A stretch of 64,000 nucleotides of DNA from an uncultured Planctomycetaceae bacterium (GTDB lineage Bacteria > Planctomycetota > Phycisphaerae > SM23-33). The stretch covers positions 2,693-66,692 of the forward strand of contig CAYQJH010000002.1 of the NCBI GenBank assembly GCA_964417755.1, written 5' to 3'. The position numbers and the translations under genes are program-made. The notes under the pieces are model-generated. The model did not search any database. It saw only the letters and a program-made list of their open reading frames with translations, and was not told the origin of the DNA. This document shows positions 8,894 through 18,474 of the stretch, piece by piece. Numbering within the stretch: position 1 is the stretch's first letter; each line of letters opens with the position of its first letter.

Positions 8894-10060
8894 ATGACGA
8901 CCATTGAGATTCTATCAGAGTTCCATCGATTTTACCAGCGCCCAGCCGACGGCCTTTCTCAAGCGCCCGGGCGGGTGAACCTCATCGGCGAACACACCGA
9001 CTATAACGGCGGTTTCGTGCTGCCCATCGCCATCGAGAAGAACACCCAGGCAGCCTTCGCGAGCCGAACCGATCGCATGGTTCGTTTGGCCTCGCTTCAG
9101 GCGGCCGGTCAGGCGGTGGAAGTGCCGCTGGATAAGAGCGTGCAACTGGGCGAGCCTAAGTGGGGCAATTACTGCAAAGGCGTCGTTGCTGAACTGCTTA
9201 AGGCCGGCATTGAACTTTGCGGCGCGGACATCCTCATCTCAAGCGATGTGCCGCTGGGCGGGGGCCTGTCGTCCTCAGCTTCGCTGGAGGTGGCGCTGGC
9301 GATGGCCTTGCTGGAACTTGCCGGCCGGGCCGGCAGCTTGCCGCCGAACGAATTGGCCCTTCTGTGCCAGCGGGCGGAAAACCTCTATGCGATGGCTCCG
9401 TGCGGCATAATGGACCAGTCGATAGCGGCGATGGCGCGCCCCGGCCATGCGCTGCTGATGGATTGCCGCTCCGGCCAGACGCAGCAGATTCCCTTCGACG
9501 ATCCGCGGGTGGTGCTGCTGGTGGCTGACACGCAGGTCAAGCACGCCATCGGCGACGGCGGGTATGGCGCGCGCCGCAGGCAATGCGCGGAGGCAGCCGA
9601 GATTCTTGGCTTATCTTCCCTTCGCGATGCTACGCCGCAGATGCTGGCCAAAGCGCAGGCAGACAGGCTGCTGGATGACAAGCAACTCATGCGGGCGCGG
9701 CACGTTATCGGCGAGATTCAGCGGACGCAGCAGGCCGTCGAGGCCCTTCAGGCCGGCCGATATGATGAGTTTGGCCAGTTGATGTATCAATCGCACAAGT
9801 CTCTGGCAAATGACTTCGAGGTCAGTTGCGTTGAATTGGATTGTATTGTTGAATTGGCTAGCCAGTTGCCGGGCGTATACGGCGCGAGGATGACCGGCGG
9901 CGGCTTCGGCGGCTGCGCGATCGTTCTCGCGCAGGCCGGACAGTCCCAGGGCATCGCTGATGCGGTTGCGGGAGGATTTGCATTGCGTTTTGGCCGGCGC
10001 TGCCCGATCTTCGCCACGCGAGCGGCGACGGGGGCATCGGCTGAGCGAATTGGCGGATAG
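8894..10060 (+). CDS. galK: Galactokinase
   Basis: GalK signature PGRVNLIGEHTDYNGG and GHMP motif PLGGGLSSSASLEVA. Confidence 0.85.
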   Translation: MTTIEILSEFHRFYQRPADGLSQAPGRVNLIGEHTDYNGGFVLPIAIEKNTQAAFASRTDRMVRLASLQAAGQAVEVPLDKSVQLGEPKWGNYCKGVVAELLKAGIELCGADILISSDVPLGGGLSSSASLEVALAMALLELAGRAGSLPPNELALLCQRAENLYAMAPCGIMDQSIAAMARPGHALLMDCRSGQTQQIPFDDPRVVLLVADTQVKHAIGDGGYGARRRQCAEAAEILGLSSLRDATPQMLAKAQADRLLDDKQLMRARHVIGEIQRTQQAVEALQAGRYDEFGQLMYQSHKSLANDFEVSCVELDCIVELASQLPGVYGARMTGGGFGGCAIVLAQAGQSQGIADAVAGGFALRFGRRCPIFATRAATGASAERIGG

Positions 10061-10084
10061 GGCGGTATGGCGGCGTCATCGCCG

Positions 10085-10205
10085 GCGCCGTGGTTTGGAA
10101 GCCTGGTGCCGTGGTTTGCGAAGCCGGAGGCGAAGCAACCACGTCTTCGGGATTGTGCAGGCCAGCGTGGTTGCTCCCGCTGCGCGTCCGCAAACCACGG
10201 CACAA
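10085..10205. repeat. Dispersed repeat, CCGTGGTTTGCG...CAAACCACGGC subfamily, with an internal tandem duplication
   Basis: Near-identical copy at 12215-12332 and a partial copy at about 50120-50200. Confidence 0.75.
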
Positions 10206-10327
10206 GCTATTCGCAACACTGGCAAGCAGCAGTTGCTATGCCGAAATAGGCTCCCTGATATTGTGGTTGCAGGCGCGGCCGCTATACTTCTTCAGTTGTT
10301 GACGCGCATCAAGAGAAAGGAAGACAC

Positions 10328-10981
10328 ATGGGCCTGAAACCTTCTCCACTTGGGCCGCAAATACTTGCTCTCAGCCTGGCCATCCTTGCAGTGGCGATCT
10401 GCATATTGCCGGCGGGCTGTGATCGCGGCGGCAATAATGATGATCAAAACGGGTCGGCGGCGGGCGTCTCAGGTGTCACCACCAAGCCGACCACGGCGAC
10501 CACCCAGGCAGGCAGGGCACTTGATGTCGATGCGCTTCTGGCAAAGGCCCTGCCTAACCTTGATGATGAAGCCAAGCCGCTTTCCCGCTACATGGGCGGC
10601 GGCGGGCTGATGCTGATGTTCGTGGATACCTCCTGCCCGTTCTGCGCCGCGGCAATGAAGGAAATGCCTGTGGTCGCGCAGGTTCTGGAGGAGCAGAAAA
10701 TCGCGGCTGTCATCATAAACAATGATGACTCAAGAGAGCGCGTGAAGGCCTTCTACGCCAAGAACCAGCCGGCGACGAAGGTGGTTTACGATTCTGGTCC
10801 CGCCACGCGTGAAGCATGGAATGTCAATGCGGTTCCGACGGTTATCTACATCACGCCGGGCAGGAACATCAGCTACCAGGGCAAGGCACTCTGGGCTGAC
10901 ATGGGCCTGGCTATCGAGAAATCGCTTTCCCTACCGGCTGGCAGCATCAAGTTCACCTCCGGCGGCACGAGCTATGGCTGA
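10328..10981 (+). CDS. Thioredoxin-fold (TlpA/redoxin-like) lipoprotein
   Basis: Lipobox LPAGC and a CPFC CxxC motif in a thioredoxin-like context. Confidence 0.65.
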   Translation: MGLKPSPLGPQILALSLAILAVAICILPAGCDRGGNNDDQNGSAAGVSGVTTKPTTATTQAGRALDVDALLAKALPNLDDEAKPLSRYMGGGGLMLMFVDTSCPFCAAAMKEMPVVAQVLEEQKIAAVIINNDDSRERVKAFYAKNQPATKVVYDSGPATREAWNVNAVPTVIYITPGRNISYQGKALWADMGLAIEKSLSLPAGSIKFTSGGTSYG

Positions 10982-11060
10982 GGCAAGGGCTGATCTCGCA
11001 CCGCCCGTGCGGCGGCGCAACTAACTGTTTGAAGAAAGCGAGACTCTCGAAGGGGAAAAC

Positions 11061-11729
11061 ATGATACGCACACCATGGATGGTGATTCTGCTTTTAGTCG
11101 GGCTTGCCGGGTTGGCCAACTGCTCAACGAAGACACAGGACAAGGCGACGACGAAGCCGGCCTCGCAGCCGGCTACAAGGAGCACATCTGACGCGCCGGC
11201 TGTGGATGCGGAACATGCGATTGTTGCCGCAGCCCGAAATCAGATCGGCAAGACGCTAAGCTATGACCCCTCCTATACGAGCCTGTCCTACCCCAATGGT
11301 GATGTGCCAATCGAGAAGGGCGTATGCACTGATGTGGTGATCCGGGCACTGAGAAGTGCTTTGCGCATGGATCTGCAGAGGCTGGTTCACGAGGACATGA
11401 AGGTCGCCTTCGACAAGTATCCGCAGCAATGGGGCCTGAAGTCGCCCGACAGCAACATCGACCATCGCCGCGTGCCAAACCTCAGGCGATTCTTTGAGCG
11501 CCAAGGCTGGTCGCTTCCGGTGACGCAAAAGAATGAAGACTATCTCCCAGGCGACCTGGTCACATGCACAGTGGCAGGCAAGTTGCCGCACATAATGGTG
11601 GTCAGCGGCCGCAAGAGTATTGACGGCATGCCGCTGGTCATCCACAACATTGGCCGGGGCGTCCAGGAAGAGCCTCGCCTCTTCGAGTTTCCCCTCACCG
11701 GCCATTACCGCGTCGGAATGAGAAGATAG
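11061..11729 (+). CDS. Hypothetical lipoprotein (possibly DUF1287-like)
   Basis: Signal peptide plus lipobox (GLANCS). No catalytic motifs recognised. Confidence 0.5.
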   Translation: MIRTPWMVILLLVGLAGLANCSTKTQDKATTKPASQPATRSTSDAPAVDAEHAIVAAARNQIGKTLSYDPSYTSLSYPNGDVPIEKGVCTDVVIRALRSALRMDLQRLVHEDMKVAFDKYPQQWGLKSPDSNIDHRRVPNLRRFFERQGWSLPVTQKNEDYLPGDLVTCTVAGKLPHIMVVSGRKSIDGMPLVIHNIGRGVQEEPRLFEFPLTGHYRVGMRR

Positions 11730-11745
11730 TTGCCTCTGCGCGCGC

Positions 11746-12159
11746 CTATCCCACGTATTGGATCACGTAATACCAGTTGCCTGCCGCCAGCAGCAGGGCG
11801 ATTGTCCAAAGGATCTTCCGCTCCATCTTGCTGGCCTGCAGGACGACCCGCCTGCCAGCCAGCATTCGCACCGTCAGCAGGGCAGAGGCGATTGCCGCGC
11901 ACGCCATCACCAGTGGGTTGAAGCGGATGGCCAGCAGGATATCCCCCTGCAGCAGCGCCAGTGCCGCCCTTGTGCAGCCGCACGTCGGGCAGGGCAATGT
12001 CGTGATGTTCTTGAACAGGCACAGGTTTACCGCCTGGCCGCTGTGCCGGCTAAGCCCAAGCGAAACCAGCACCACGCCCGCCCAGAGGGCCGCGAAGGCC
12101 AGCGCCAACCAGGGCCAACGCGGAATGCGAGCGGCAGGTTGAAGATAGAGCCTCATCAA
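11746..12159 (-). CDS. DUF2752-like membrane protein
   Basis: CPTCGCTRA motif (the CPxCGxTR motif characteristic of DUF2752) flanked by TM helices. Confidence 0.55.
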   Translation of the reverse strand: MMRLYLQPAARIPRWPWLALAFAALWAGVVLVSLGLSRHSGQAVNLCLFKNITTLPCPTCGCTRAALALLQGDILLAIRFNPLVMACAAIASALLTVRMLAGRRVVLQASKMERKILWTIALLLAAGNWYYVIQYVG

Positions 12160-12214
12160 GCAACATGATAATCCACGCCGTTCTCTTTGTCAGGCAAAGA
12201 AGACTTCTTGGTGG

Positions 12215-12332
12215 CCGTCGTGGTTGGCGAAGTTGGCGCCGTGGTTTGCGAAGCCGGAGGCTAAGCAACCACGTCTTTGGCATATGCAGGTCACCGTGGT
12301 TGCTTCCGCTGTGCGTCCGCAAACCACGGCAC
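12215..12332. repeat. Dispersed repeat (copy of the 10085-10205 element)
   Basis: GCCGTGGTTTGCGAAGCCGGAGGCtAAGCAACCACG...CCGCTGtGCGTCCGCAAACCACGGCAC. Confidence 0.75.
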
Positions 12333-12417
12333 CGGCAGGACGAAAATGTGGACACGCGCACGGCAGGAGAGTTACTCTGGCAGCGAGTCGGCGAATCTGG
12401 TAGACTCTGGAAGCCCT

Positions 12418-12462
12418 CTGCGTAAGCAGGGGGATCCCCGCCTTCCGGCGGGGGCTTCCAGT
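12418..12462. repeat. B-family hairpin repeat (CCCGCCTTCCGGCGGGGGCTTCC)
   Basis: Other copies at 21934-21985, 31127-31180, 43842-43900 and 59031-59092. Confidence 0.7.
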
Positions 12463-12532
12463 TGTTGCTTTTCAGGCCGGACGTGTTGGTCCGCAGGTCT
12501 GGAACCTGCGCCACAACTATCGGAGACGAAAC

Positions 12533-13666
12533 ATGGCGGAAGTATTGCTCAAAGGCGTTACCAAGGAGTTTCCCGGCGGCGTCCAGGCTGTCAAAAGCAT
12601 GGACCTCAAGATCGCCGATTCGGAATTCATCGTGCTGGTCGGGCCGAGCGGCTGCGGCAAGACGACCACGCTGCGAATGGTGGCCGGCCTGGAAGAAATC
12701 AGCAGCGGCACCATCAGCATCGGCGACCGCATCGTCAATGACGTGCCCCCCAAGGACCGCGATATCGCCATGGTCTTCCAGAACTACGCCCTCTACCCGC
12801 ACATGAGCGTGTACAAGAACATGGCCTTTGCGCTTAAGCTCCGCAAGTACCCCAAGAAGGAGATCGACCAGCGCGTCCGCGAGGCGGCCAAGATCCTCGG
12901 CATCGAGGCCCTGCTGGATCGCAAGCCCAAGGCCCTTTCGGGCGGGCAGAGACAGCGCGTAGCCGTCGGGCGGGCGATTGTCCGCAAGCCCAAGGCGTTC
13001 CTCTTCGACGAGCCGCTGTCGAACCTCGACGCCAAGCTCCGCGTTGAGACTCGCGCGGAACTGAAGCGCCTGCATCATCAGCTTAGAACAACCACCATCT
13101 ACGTCACGCACGACCAGGAAGAGGCCATGACCCTGGGCGATCGCATCGTGGTGATGAAGGATGGCATCATGCAGCAGTGCGGCAGCCCGCTGGAGGTCTA
13201 CCACGCGCCATCTAACCAGTTCGTGGCTGAGTTCGTCGGCACGCCGCCGATGAATTTCTTCAAGGGCAGCCTGGAGGCGGCCAATGGCGGACTGTATTTC
13301 GGCGAAGGCACGGCCCGGCTGAGGCTGCCGGAGGATAAGGCCCAGGTCCTGCGCGGCAAGAACGTTGTCGGCAAAGAGGTCTGGCTGGGTGTTCGTCCCG
13401 AGGCCATCGCCGTCGTCAGCGAAGGCCGATTCGCCGGGCAAGACAACTCGCTGCCGGTTCAACTATCAGTGATCGAACCCCTCGGCGAGAAGATGGACCT
13501 GTTTACTTCGACGGCCAAGACTCCGCACATTGTTGCCCGCGTGGACGCCCAGCGAGGCCTGAAGCCCAACATGGCCGTCACGCTGCACCTGGACATGCGA
13601 AAGGTCCACGTTTTCGAGCCGTCCAAGGGCGGAGCGAATTTGACGGTGGAAGTCGCAACGTTGTAA
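12533..13666 (+). CDS. Sugar ABC transporter ATP-binding protein (MalK/MsmX/UgpC family), orphan ATPase
   Basis: Walker [18 protein letters not shown] signature, and a C-terminal MalK-type regulatory/TOBE-like domain. No adjacent permease genes. Confidence 0.85.
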   Translation: MAEVLLKGVTKEFPGGVQAVKSMDLKIADSEFIVLVGPSGCGKTTTLRMVAGLEEISSGTISIGDRIVNDVPPKDRDIAMVFQNYALYPHMSVYKNMAFALKLRKYPKKEIDQRVREAAKILGIEALLDRKPKALSGGQRQRVAVGRAIVRKPKAFLFDEPLSNLDAKLRVETRAELKRLHHQLRTTTIYVTHDQEEAMTLGDRIVVMKDGIMQQCGSPLEVYHAPSNQFVAEFVGTPPMNFFKGSLEAANGGLYFGEGTARLRLPEDKAQVLRGKNVVGKEVWLGVRPEAIAVVSEGRFAGQDNSLPVQLSVIEPLGEKMDLFTSTAKTPHIVARVDAQRGLKPNMAVTLHLDMRKVHVFEPSKGGANLTVEVATL

Positions 13667-13840
13667 TGACGAATGACGAAGCCCGAATGATGGGCCCTGC
13701 TCTGCGAAGCCCGCTTCGCAGGGCGAAGCAGAGTCAATGGCGAATGCCTGGAAATGACGAAGTGAACTTGTTCGTCACTCGTCATTCAGGTATTGATTCG
13801 ACATTCTGGTTTCGTCATTCGTCATTCTTTAGCAGAAATA
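13667..13840. repeat. Cluster of GAATG(A/G)CGAA / TTCGTCATTC half-sites around a hairpin
   Basis: At least four copies in both orientations. Related clusters at 1141-1170 and 35512-35561. Confidence 0.6.
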
Positions 13841-13858
13841 ACAAGAATCAGAACCATT

Positions 13859-15748
13859 ATGAACAATGAGAACATCCCCGTCCGCATCTATTCCGATTCA
13901 CAAGCAGCATCCAGGGCGGTGGCAGAGGCCATCGCTGAACTGATTCGCGCCCGCCAGGCAGCCGGCAAGACGGTGGTGCTGGGCCTGGCAACCGGCCATA
14001 CGCCGGTCAATGTTTACCGCGAACTGATCCGCATGCATCGCCAGGAGAAGCTGGACTTCTCCAACGTCATTACGTTCAACCTGGACGAATATTGGCCCAT
14101 AGCGCACAACGCATTCCAGGCCTACCACGTCTGGATGCATGAGAATTTCTTCAAGCACGTAAACATCCCGGCCGCCAATATCCACATGCCATCAGGCGAG
14201 GTTGCAGCCAAGGACGTCGAGGCCTCGTGCCGGGCGTACGACCAGGCCATCGCCAAGGCCGGAGGGATCGACTTCCAGATCCTGGGCATCGGGCGAAGCG
14301 GGCATGTTGGCTTCAACGAGCCCGGCTCGCCATACGACAGCGCGACCCGCCGCGTCCACCTGGACGCCCTGACCCGCAAGGACGCCGCGAGCGATTTCTT
14401 CGGCGAAGACAACGTGCCGGAGATGGCCATCACAATGGGCCTGGGCACCATTCTGCAAGCCAGGCGGATCGTCCTGCTGGCCTTCGGCGAGCACAAGGCC
14501 CCGATCATCCGGCGGGCGGTCGAGGGTGAAGTCTCGATCAATGTGCCAGCCAGCTTCCTGCAGGAACATCCCGGCGCAACGATGTATCTCGACTGTGCAG
14601 CTGCCGCCGACCTGACCCGCGTGGCAACCCCTTGGCTGCTGGGGCCATGCCAGTGGGACGACATGCTGCAACGGCAGGCTGTCATCTGGCTGGCAAAGAA
14701 ACTCGCCAAGCCCATCCTCAAGCTCACCGACGAAGACTACAACGAGAACGGCCTGAGCGAGCTGACGCACGCATGCGGCGGGGCGTACCAGCTGAACATC
14801 CGGATATTCCGCCGGATGATGGAGACCATCACCGGCTGGCCAGGCGGAAAGAAGAAGAAATACCGCGTGCTGGTCTTCAGCCCCCACCCGGACGACGACG
14901 TGATTTGCATGGCCGGCACGATGACAAGGCTGGTCGAGCAGGGCCACCAGGTGCATGCCGCCTACATGGTCAGCGGGTATCTCAGCGTGTTCGACCACGA
15001 CGTCTCGCGATTCGCGGAATTTGTCCGTGAGTTCAATCGCATCTTCGGGCTGACACCGGACCAGACCGCAGCCATCGAGGATCATATAGAGAAGTTCCTG
15101 CGACAGAAGAGGCCGGGCGATATCGACTCCGCCGAGGTTCAGCAGATCAAGGCGCTGATTCGCCGCACGGAGGCCGTCGCGGCGGCGAAGTATTGCGGCC
15201 TGAAGGAAGAGCACTGCCACTTCCTGGACATGCCTTTCTACAACACGGGCAAGGTCGAGAAGCTCTCGATTGCCGAGGAAGATATCGCTGCCGTCGGCCG
15301 TAGTCTCGATGCGGTGCGCCCGGAGATCATCTTTGCCGCCGGCGACATGTCCGACCCGCACGGCACGCACCGCCTGTGCCTTGATGCCGCCCTGGCGGCC
15401 ATCGAACGGTACGCAAAGGCCGGCAACCCTAGGCCGGAGGTTTGGCTGTATCGCGGGGCCTGGCAGGAATGGCCCGGCGAGCAGATAGAGATGGCTGTGC
15501 CGCTCTCGCCTGACGAACTGCGGCGCAAACGCTACGCAATCTTTCGCCATCAGAGCCAGAAGGACCGGGCGATGTTCCCGGGCGCATACGACACGCGTGA
15601 ATTCTGGCAGCGGGCTGAAGACCGCAACATGGGCACAGCCAAGCTCTTCGACCAGATGGGCCTGCCGGAATACCACGCCCTGGAAGCATTCGCCCGGCAT
15701 CCGGTCAGACCATCGGCGCACGTGGCGTCGCTGATTACCCCTGCATAA
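13859..15748 (+). CDS. nagB: Glucosamine-6-phosphate deaminase (NagB) fused to a PIG-L/LmbE-like deacetylase domain
   Basis: N-terminal domain LGLATGHTP...FNLDEYW is NagB-like. C-terminal domain VLVFSPHPDDDVIC is the LmbE/PIG-L zinc-deacetylase motif. ATG at 13859. Confidence 0.8.
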   Translation: MNNENIPVRIYSDSQAASRAVAEAIAELIRARQAAGKTVVLGLATGHTPVNVYRELIRMHRQEKLDFSNVITFNLDEYWPIAHNAFQAYHVWMHENFFKHVNIPAANIHMPSGEVAAKDVEASCRAYDQAIAKAGGIDFQILGIGRSGHVGFNEPGSPYDSATRRVHLDALTRKDAASDFFGEDNVPEMAITMGLGTILQARRIVLLAFGEHKAPIIRRAVEGEVSINVPASFLQEHPGATMYLDCAAAADLTRVATPWLLGPCQWDDMLQRQAVIWLAKKLAKPILKLTDEDYNENGLSELTHACGGAYQLNIRIFRRMMETITGWPGGKKKKYRVLVFSPHPDDDVICMAGTMTRLVEQGHQVHAAYMVSGYLSVFDHDVSRFAEFVREFNRIFGLTPDQTAAIEDHIEKFLRQKRPGDIDSAEVQQIKALIRRTEAVAAAKYCGLKEEHCHFLDMPFYNTGKVEKLSIAEEDIAAVGRSLDAVRPEIIFAAGDMSDPHGTHRLCLDAALAAIERYAKAGNPRPEVWLYRGAWQEWPGEQIEMAVPLSPDELRRKRYAIFRHQSQKDRAMFPGAYDTREFWQRAEDRNMGTAKLFDQMGLPEYHALEAFARHPVRPSAHVASLITPA

Positions 15749-15754
15749 AGAGGT

Positions 15755-15868
15755 GCCGTTTCCTTCGATATTGCGGTTTCTTGTTGGACATTCGCTATTC
15801 AACTGTCGGCCCTTAACCGCAGAATATCCAACAATAGAACCGCAGAATATCGAAGTGAAAGAGACCGC
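15755..15868. repeat. D-family repeat, inverted pair (TTCCTTCGATATTCTGCGGTTCTATTGTTGGATATTCGATATTC)
   Basis: Forward copy at 15755-15800 and reverse copy at 15815-15868. Further copies at 1-80, 15996-16055 and 63115-63290. Confidence 0.75.
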
Positions 15869-15995
15869 CATTGATTCAGGAAACAGATGAATTGATCGCC
15901 ATATTTGTGGCCAGCACAAGGACGGCGTCCAAAGCCAAAGCATAATCCATGTCCGACGCAGCCCGCTTTGCCGAGGGACGTGACGGGAGCGTTGC

Positions 15996-16055
15996 TATGC
16001 CGTTTCCTTCGATATTCTGCGGTTCTATTGTTGGATATTCGATATTCTCTGTTCC
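15996..16055. repeat. D-family repeat (forward copy)
   Basis: Near-identical to the 15755-15800 copy. Confidence 0.75.
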
Positions 16056-16120
16056 ATTGTTTTGGTTGCTCTTGTCGGCCAGCTTGCACTAATATCTGCT
16101 CCGAAAGGATAAGAACGATT

Positions 16121-16930
16121 ATGGACAAAGCTGTAATTCTGGCGCGTGGCCTGGGCACGCGGATGCGTAAGCAGGATGGCTCGGCCAACTTGACGCAGCA
16201 GCAGGCAGCCATCGCCGAGACTGGCGTCAAGGCCCTCATTCCCGTCGCCGGCGGGACGTTCCTGGACTATGTGCTGGCTGCCCTGGCCGAGGCCGGCTAT
16301 AGCCAGGTCTGCCTGGTGATTGGCCCCGAGCACGTCGAGACGCGCGATTACTACAGCCGCCTGCAAACTAGCCGGCTTAAGATCAGCTTTGCCATCCAGG
16401 AAAAGCCGCTGGGCACCGCCGACGCGGTGGCGGCCGCAGCGGGCTTCACCGGCAAGGACCACTTCCTGGTGATCAACTCCGACAATTACTATCCGCCGGT
16501 GGCACTGAAGGGCCTGCGACAGCTTAAGGGCCCGGGCCTGGCTGGGTTCGAGAAGAACGGAATGCTGGCCGGCAGCAACATCCCCGCCGACCGGATCGCC
16601 AAGTTCGCCGTCGTCCAAGTCAATGACAGCGGCAACATGGTCCGCATAATTGAAAAGCCCGATCCCGCTGTGCTGGCCGGTATGAAGGAGCCGGTCCTGG
16701 TCAGCATGAACTGCTGGCGGTTCAACGATTCGATCTACGAAGCCTGCCGAAACATCAAGCCCTCCCCACGCAACGAACTCGAGATCACCGACGCCGTGCA
16801 GTACACCATCGACAAGCTCGGCCAGAAATACGCCATCGTCGATGTCAAGGCGCCAGTTCTGGATCTCTCCAGCCGCAGCGACGTCGAGGCCGTCGTCGCC
16901 AAACTCAACGGCCTGGAGATCAGACTGTGA
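16121..16930 (+). CDS. Sugar-1-phosphate nucleotidyltransferase (GlmU-N/RmlA-like NTP-transferase)
   Basis: ILARGLGTRM matches the G-x-G-T-R nucleotide-binding motif, with a ~15-aa insert after it. RBS AAAGGATAAG. The ORF 5' extension is repeat DNA. Confidence 0.7.
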   Translation: MDKAVILARGLGTRMRKQDGSANLTQQQAAIAETGVKALIPVAGGTFLDYVLAALAEAGYSQVCLVIGPEHVETRDYYSRLQTSRLKISFAIQEKPLGTADAVAAAAGFTGKDHFLVINSDNYYPPVALKGLRQLKGPGLAGFEKNGMLAGSNIPADRIAKFAVVQVNDSGNMVRIIEKPDPAVLAGMKEPVLVSMNCWRFNDSIYEACRNIKPSPRNELEITDAVQYTIDKLGQKYAIVDVKAPVLDLSSRSDVEAVVAKLNGLEIRL

Positions 16931-18303
16931 TGCAGTTACAGGAGTTGTCCGACCGTAAGTCCACCACGCAGCGACTTTCCGCCGGCGGTCTCAGTGCGGC
17001 GGCCGCCGCCGACAAGGCACAACTATTTTGTCAGTGCGCCGCTGTGGCGACGAAGCATGGCCTGAGCGACTCCGCCGGCGTGCATGCTCTTTATGTGCCA
17101 GGCCGCATCGAGGTGCTCGGCAAGCACACAGACTACGCCGGCGGGCGCAGCATGCTCACCGTGCCGGAAAAGGGCTTCTGCATCATCGTCGCGCCGCGCC
17201 AGGACAAGACGGTGCGGATGATCCGCGCTGATGGCCTGGACGCACCGGCCATCTACGCGGTCGATCCCGACCTGACGCCGATCATGGGGCACTGGTCGAA
17301 TTACCCGATGACGGTCGCGCGGCGCGTGGCCCGCAATTTCGCGGCCCCGCTGCACGGGGCGGACATTATCTTCCTGAGCGATTTGCCTCTGGCGGCAGGC
17401 ATGAGCAGTTCCAGCGCGCTGGTTATCGTTTCCTTCCTGGCCCTTTCTGCCGCCAACGATCTGCCCGCACGGCCGGAGTACCAGGCCAATATCCGCAGCA
17501 TCGAAGACCTGGCGGGCTATCTCGGCTGCAACGAGAACGGCCAGAGCTTCGGCCCGCTGGTTGGCGACAAGGGCGTGGGCACCTTCGGCGGAAGTGAGGA
17601 CCACACAGCCATCCTCACCTGCCGCAACGGCATGCTCAACCAGTATTCATACTGTCCGGTGAAGTTCGAGCGGCGGATCGCTCTGCCGGAGGGCTATGTC
17701 TTCGCCATCGCCTCCAGCGGCGTGGAGGCAGAGAAGACCGGCCAGGCCCGCGAGAAATACAACCGGGCATCGCTGCTCAGCCGGGCGGTCGTCGAAACAT
17801 GGAACAAGGCCACCGGGCGAAGCGAGCCCCACATGGCCGCCGCCAGCCAAAGCAGCCCCGACGCGCCTGCTCGCATGCGAGAAATCCCCCTCAGAGCCAA
17901 GCACGATCACTTCCAGCCGGCTGAAATGCTCAGCCGGTTCGATCATTTCTATGGCGAGAGCGCCGAGATCATTCCCGCGGCCGGCGATGCCCTTTCACGC
18001 GGCGACATGGTGGAATTCGGCCGGCATGTCTGGCGTTCGCAGGAGGCGGGAACAAGGCTCCTGGGCAACCAGATACCCGAGACGGTCTTTCTGGCCAAGG
18101 CAGCGTGCGACAATGGCGCGGCGGCTGCGTCGGCCTTCGGCGCTGGTTTCGGCGGAGCGGTCTGGGCGCTGGTCGAGCGAAACGATGCGGAGAGTTTGCT
18201 GAAAGCATGGGAAGCAGCCTATGCCAAGGCATTCCCCGCCCCAGCTGGCAAGGCGGTGTACTTCGTCACCGAAGCCGGCCCCGCGGCGTTCGAGTTGAAG
18301 TGA
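16930..18303 (+). CDS. GHMP-family sugar-1-kinase (galactokinase-like)
   Basis: PGRIEVLGKHTDYAGG (GalK-like motif 1), PLAAGMSSSSALVIV (motif 2) and GAGFGG (motif 3). Its start overlaps the stop of the upstream gene (GTGATG). Confidence 0.75.
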   Translation: MQLQELSDRKSTTQRLSAGGLSAAAAADKAQLFCQCAAVATKHGLSDSAGVHALYVPGRIEVLGKHTDYAGGRSMLTVPEKGFCIIVAPRQDKTVRMIRADGLDAPAIYAVDPDLTPIMGHWSNYPMTVARRVARNFAAPLHGADIIFLSDLPLAAGMSSSSALVIVSFLALSAANDLPARPEYQANIRSIEDLAGYLGCNENGQSFGPLVGDKGVGTFGGSEDHTAILTCRNGMLNQYSYCPVKFERRIALPEGYVFAIASSGVEAEKTGQAREKYNRASLLSRAVVETWNKATGRSEPHMAAASQSSPDAPARMREIPLRAKHDHFQPAEMLSRFDHFYGESAEIIPAAGDALSRGDMVEFGRHVWRSQEAGTRLLGNQIPETVFLAKAACDNGAAAASAFGAGFGGAVWALVERNDAESLLKAWEAAYAKAFPAPAGKAVYFVTEAGPAAFELK

Positions 18304-18474
18304 CTGCCCCTGACCGGAAGACGGATACCGAAAGATCGTTAGGCCGGAAGGCAGTGAAGAAGCTGACATGGCTGAAGGTATCTGATAAAGCGACAGCCAC
18401 GAGTTAACGAGTCAACCAGTTAACGCCGTTTGTCGTTAGGCCGTTGCCGTTACGCCGTTCCAAAGGGTGGAGAC

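Noticed and set aside
12050-13462. 470-aa ORF on the minus strand
   Set aside because: Entirely antisense to the well-supported MalK-like ABC ATPase gene. Low-complexity R/A/G-rich translation typical of GC-rich antisense frames.
14192-15943. 583-aa minus-strand ORF
   Set aside because: Antisense to the nagB-lmbE gene. No motifs.
15905-16120. 5' extension of the nucleotidyltransferase ORF, and ORF 15799-16239 (minus)
   Set aside because: Both are read through D-family repeat DNA (RYSAVLLLDI... peptides appear in multiple frames). The true start is ATG 16121, which has an RBS.
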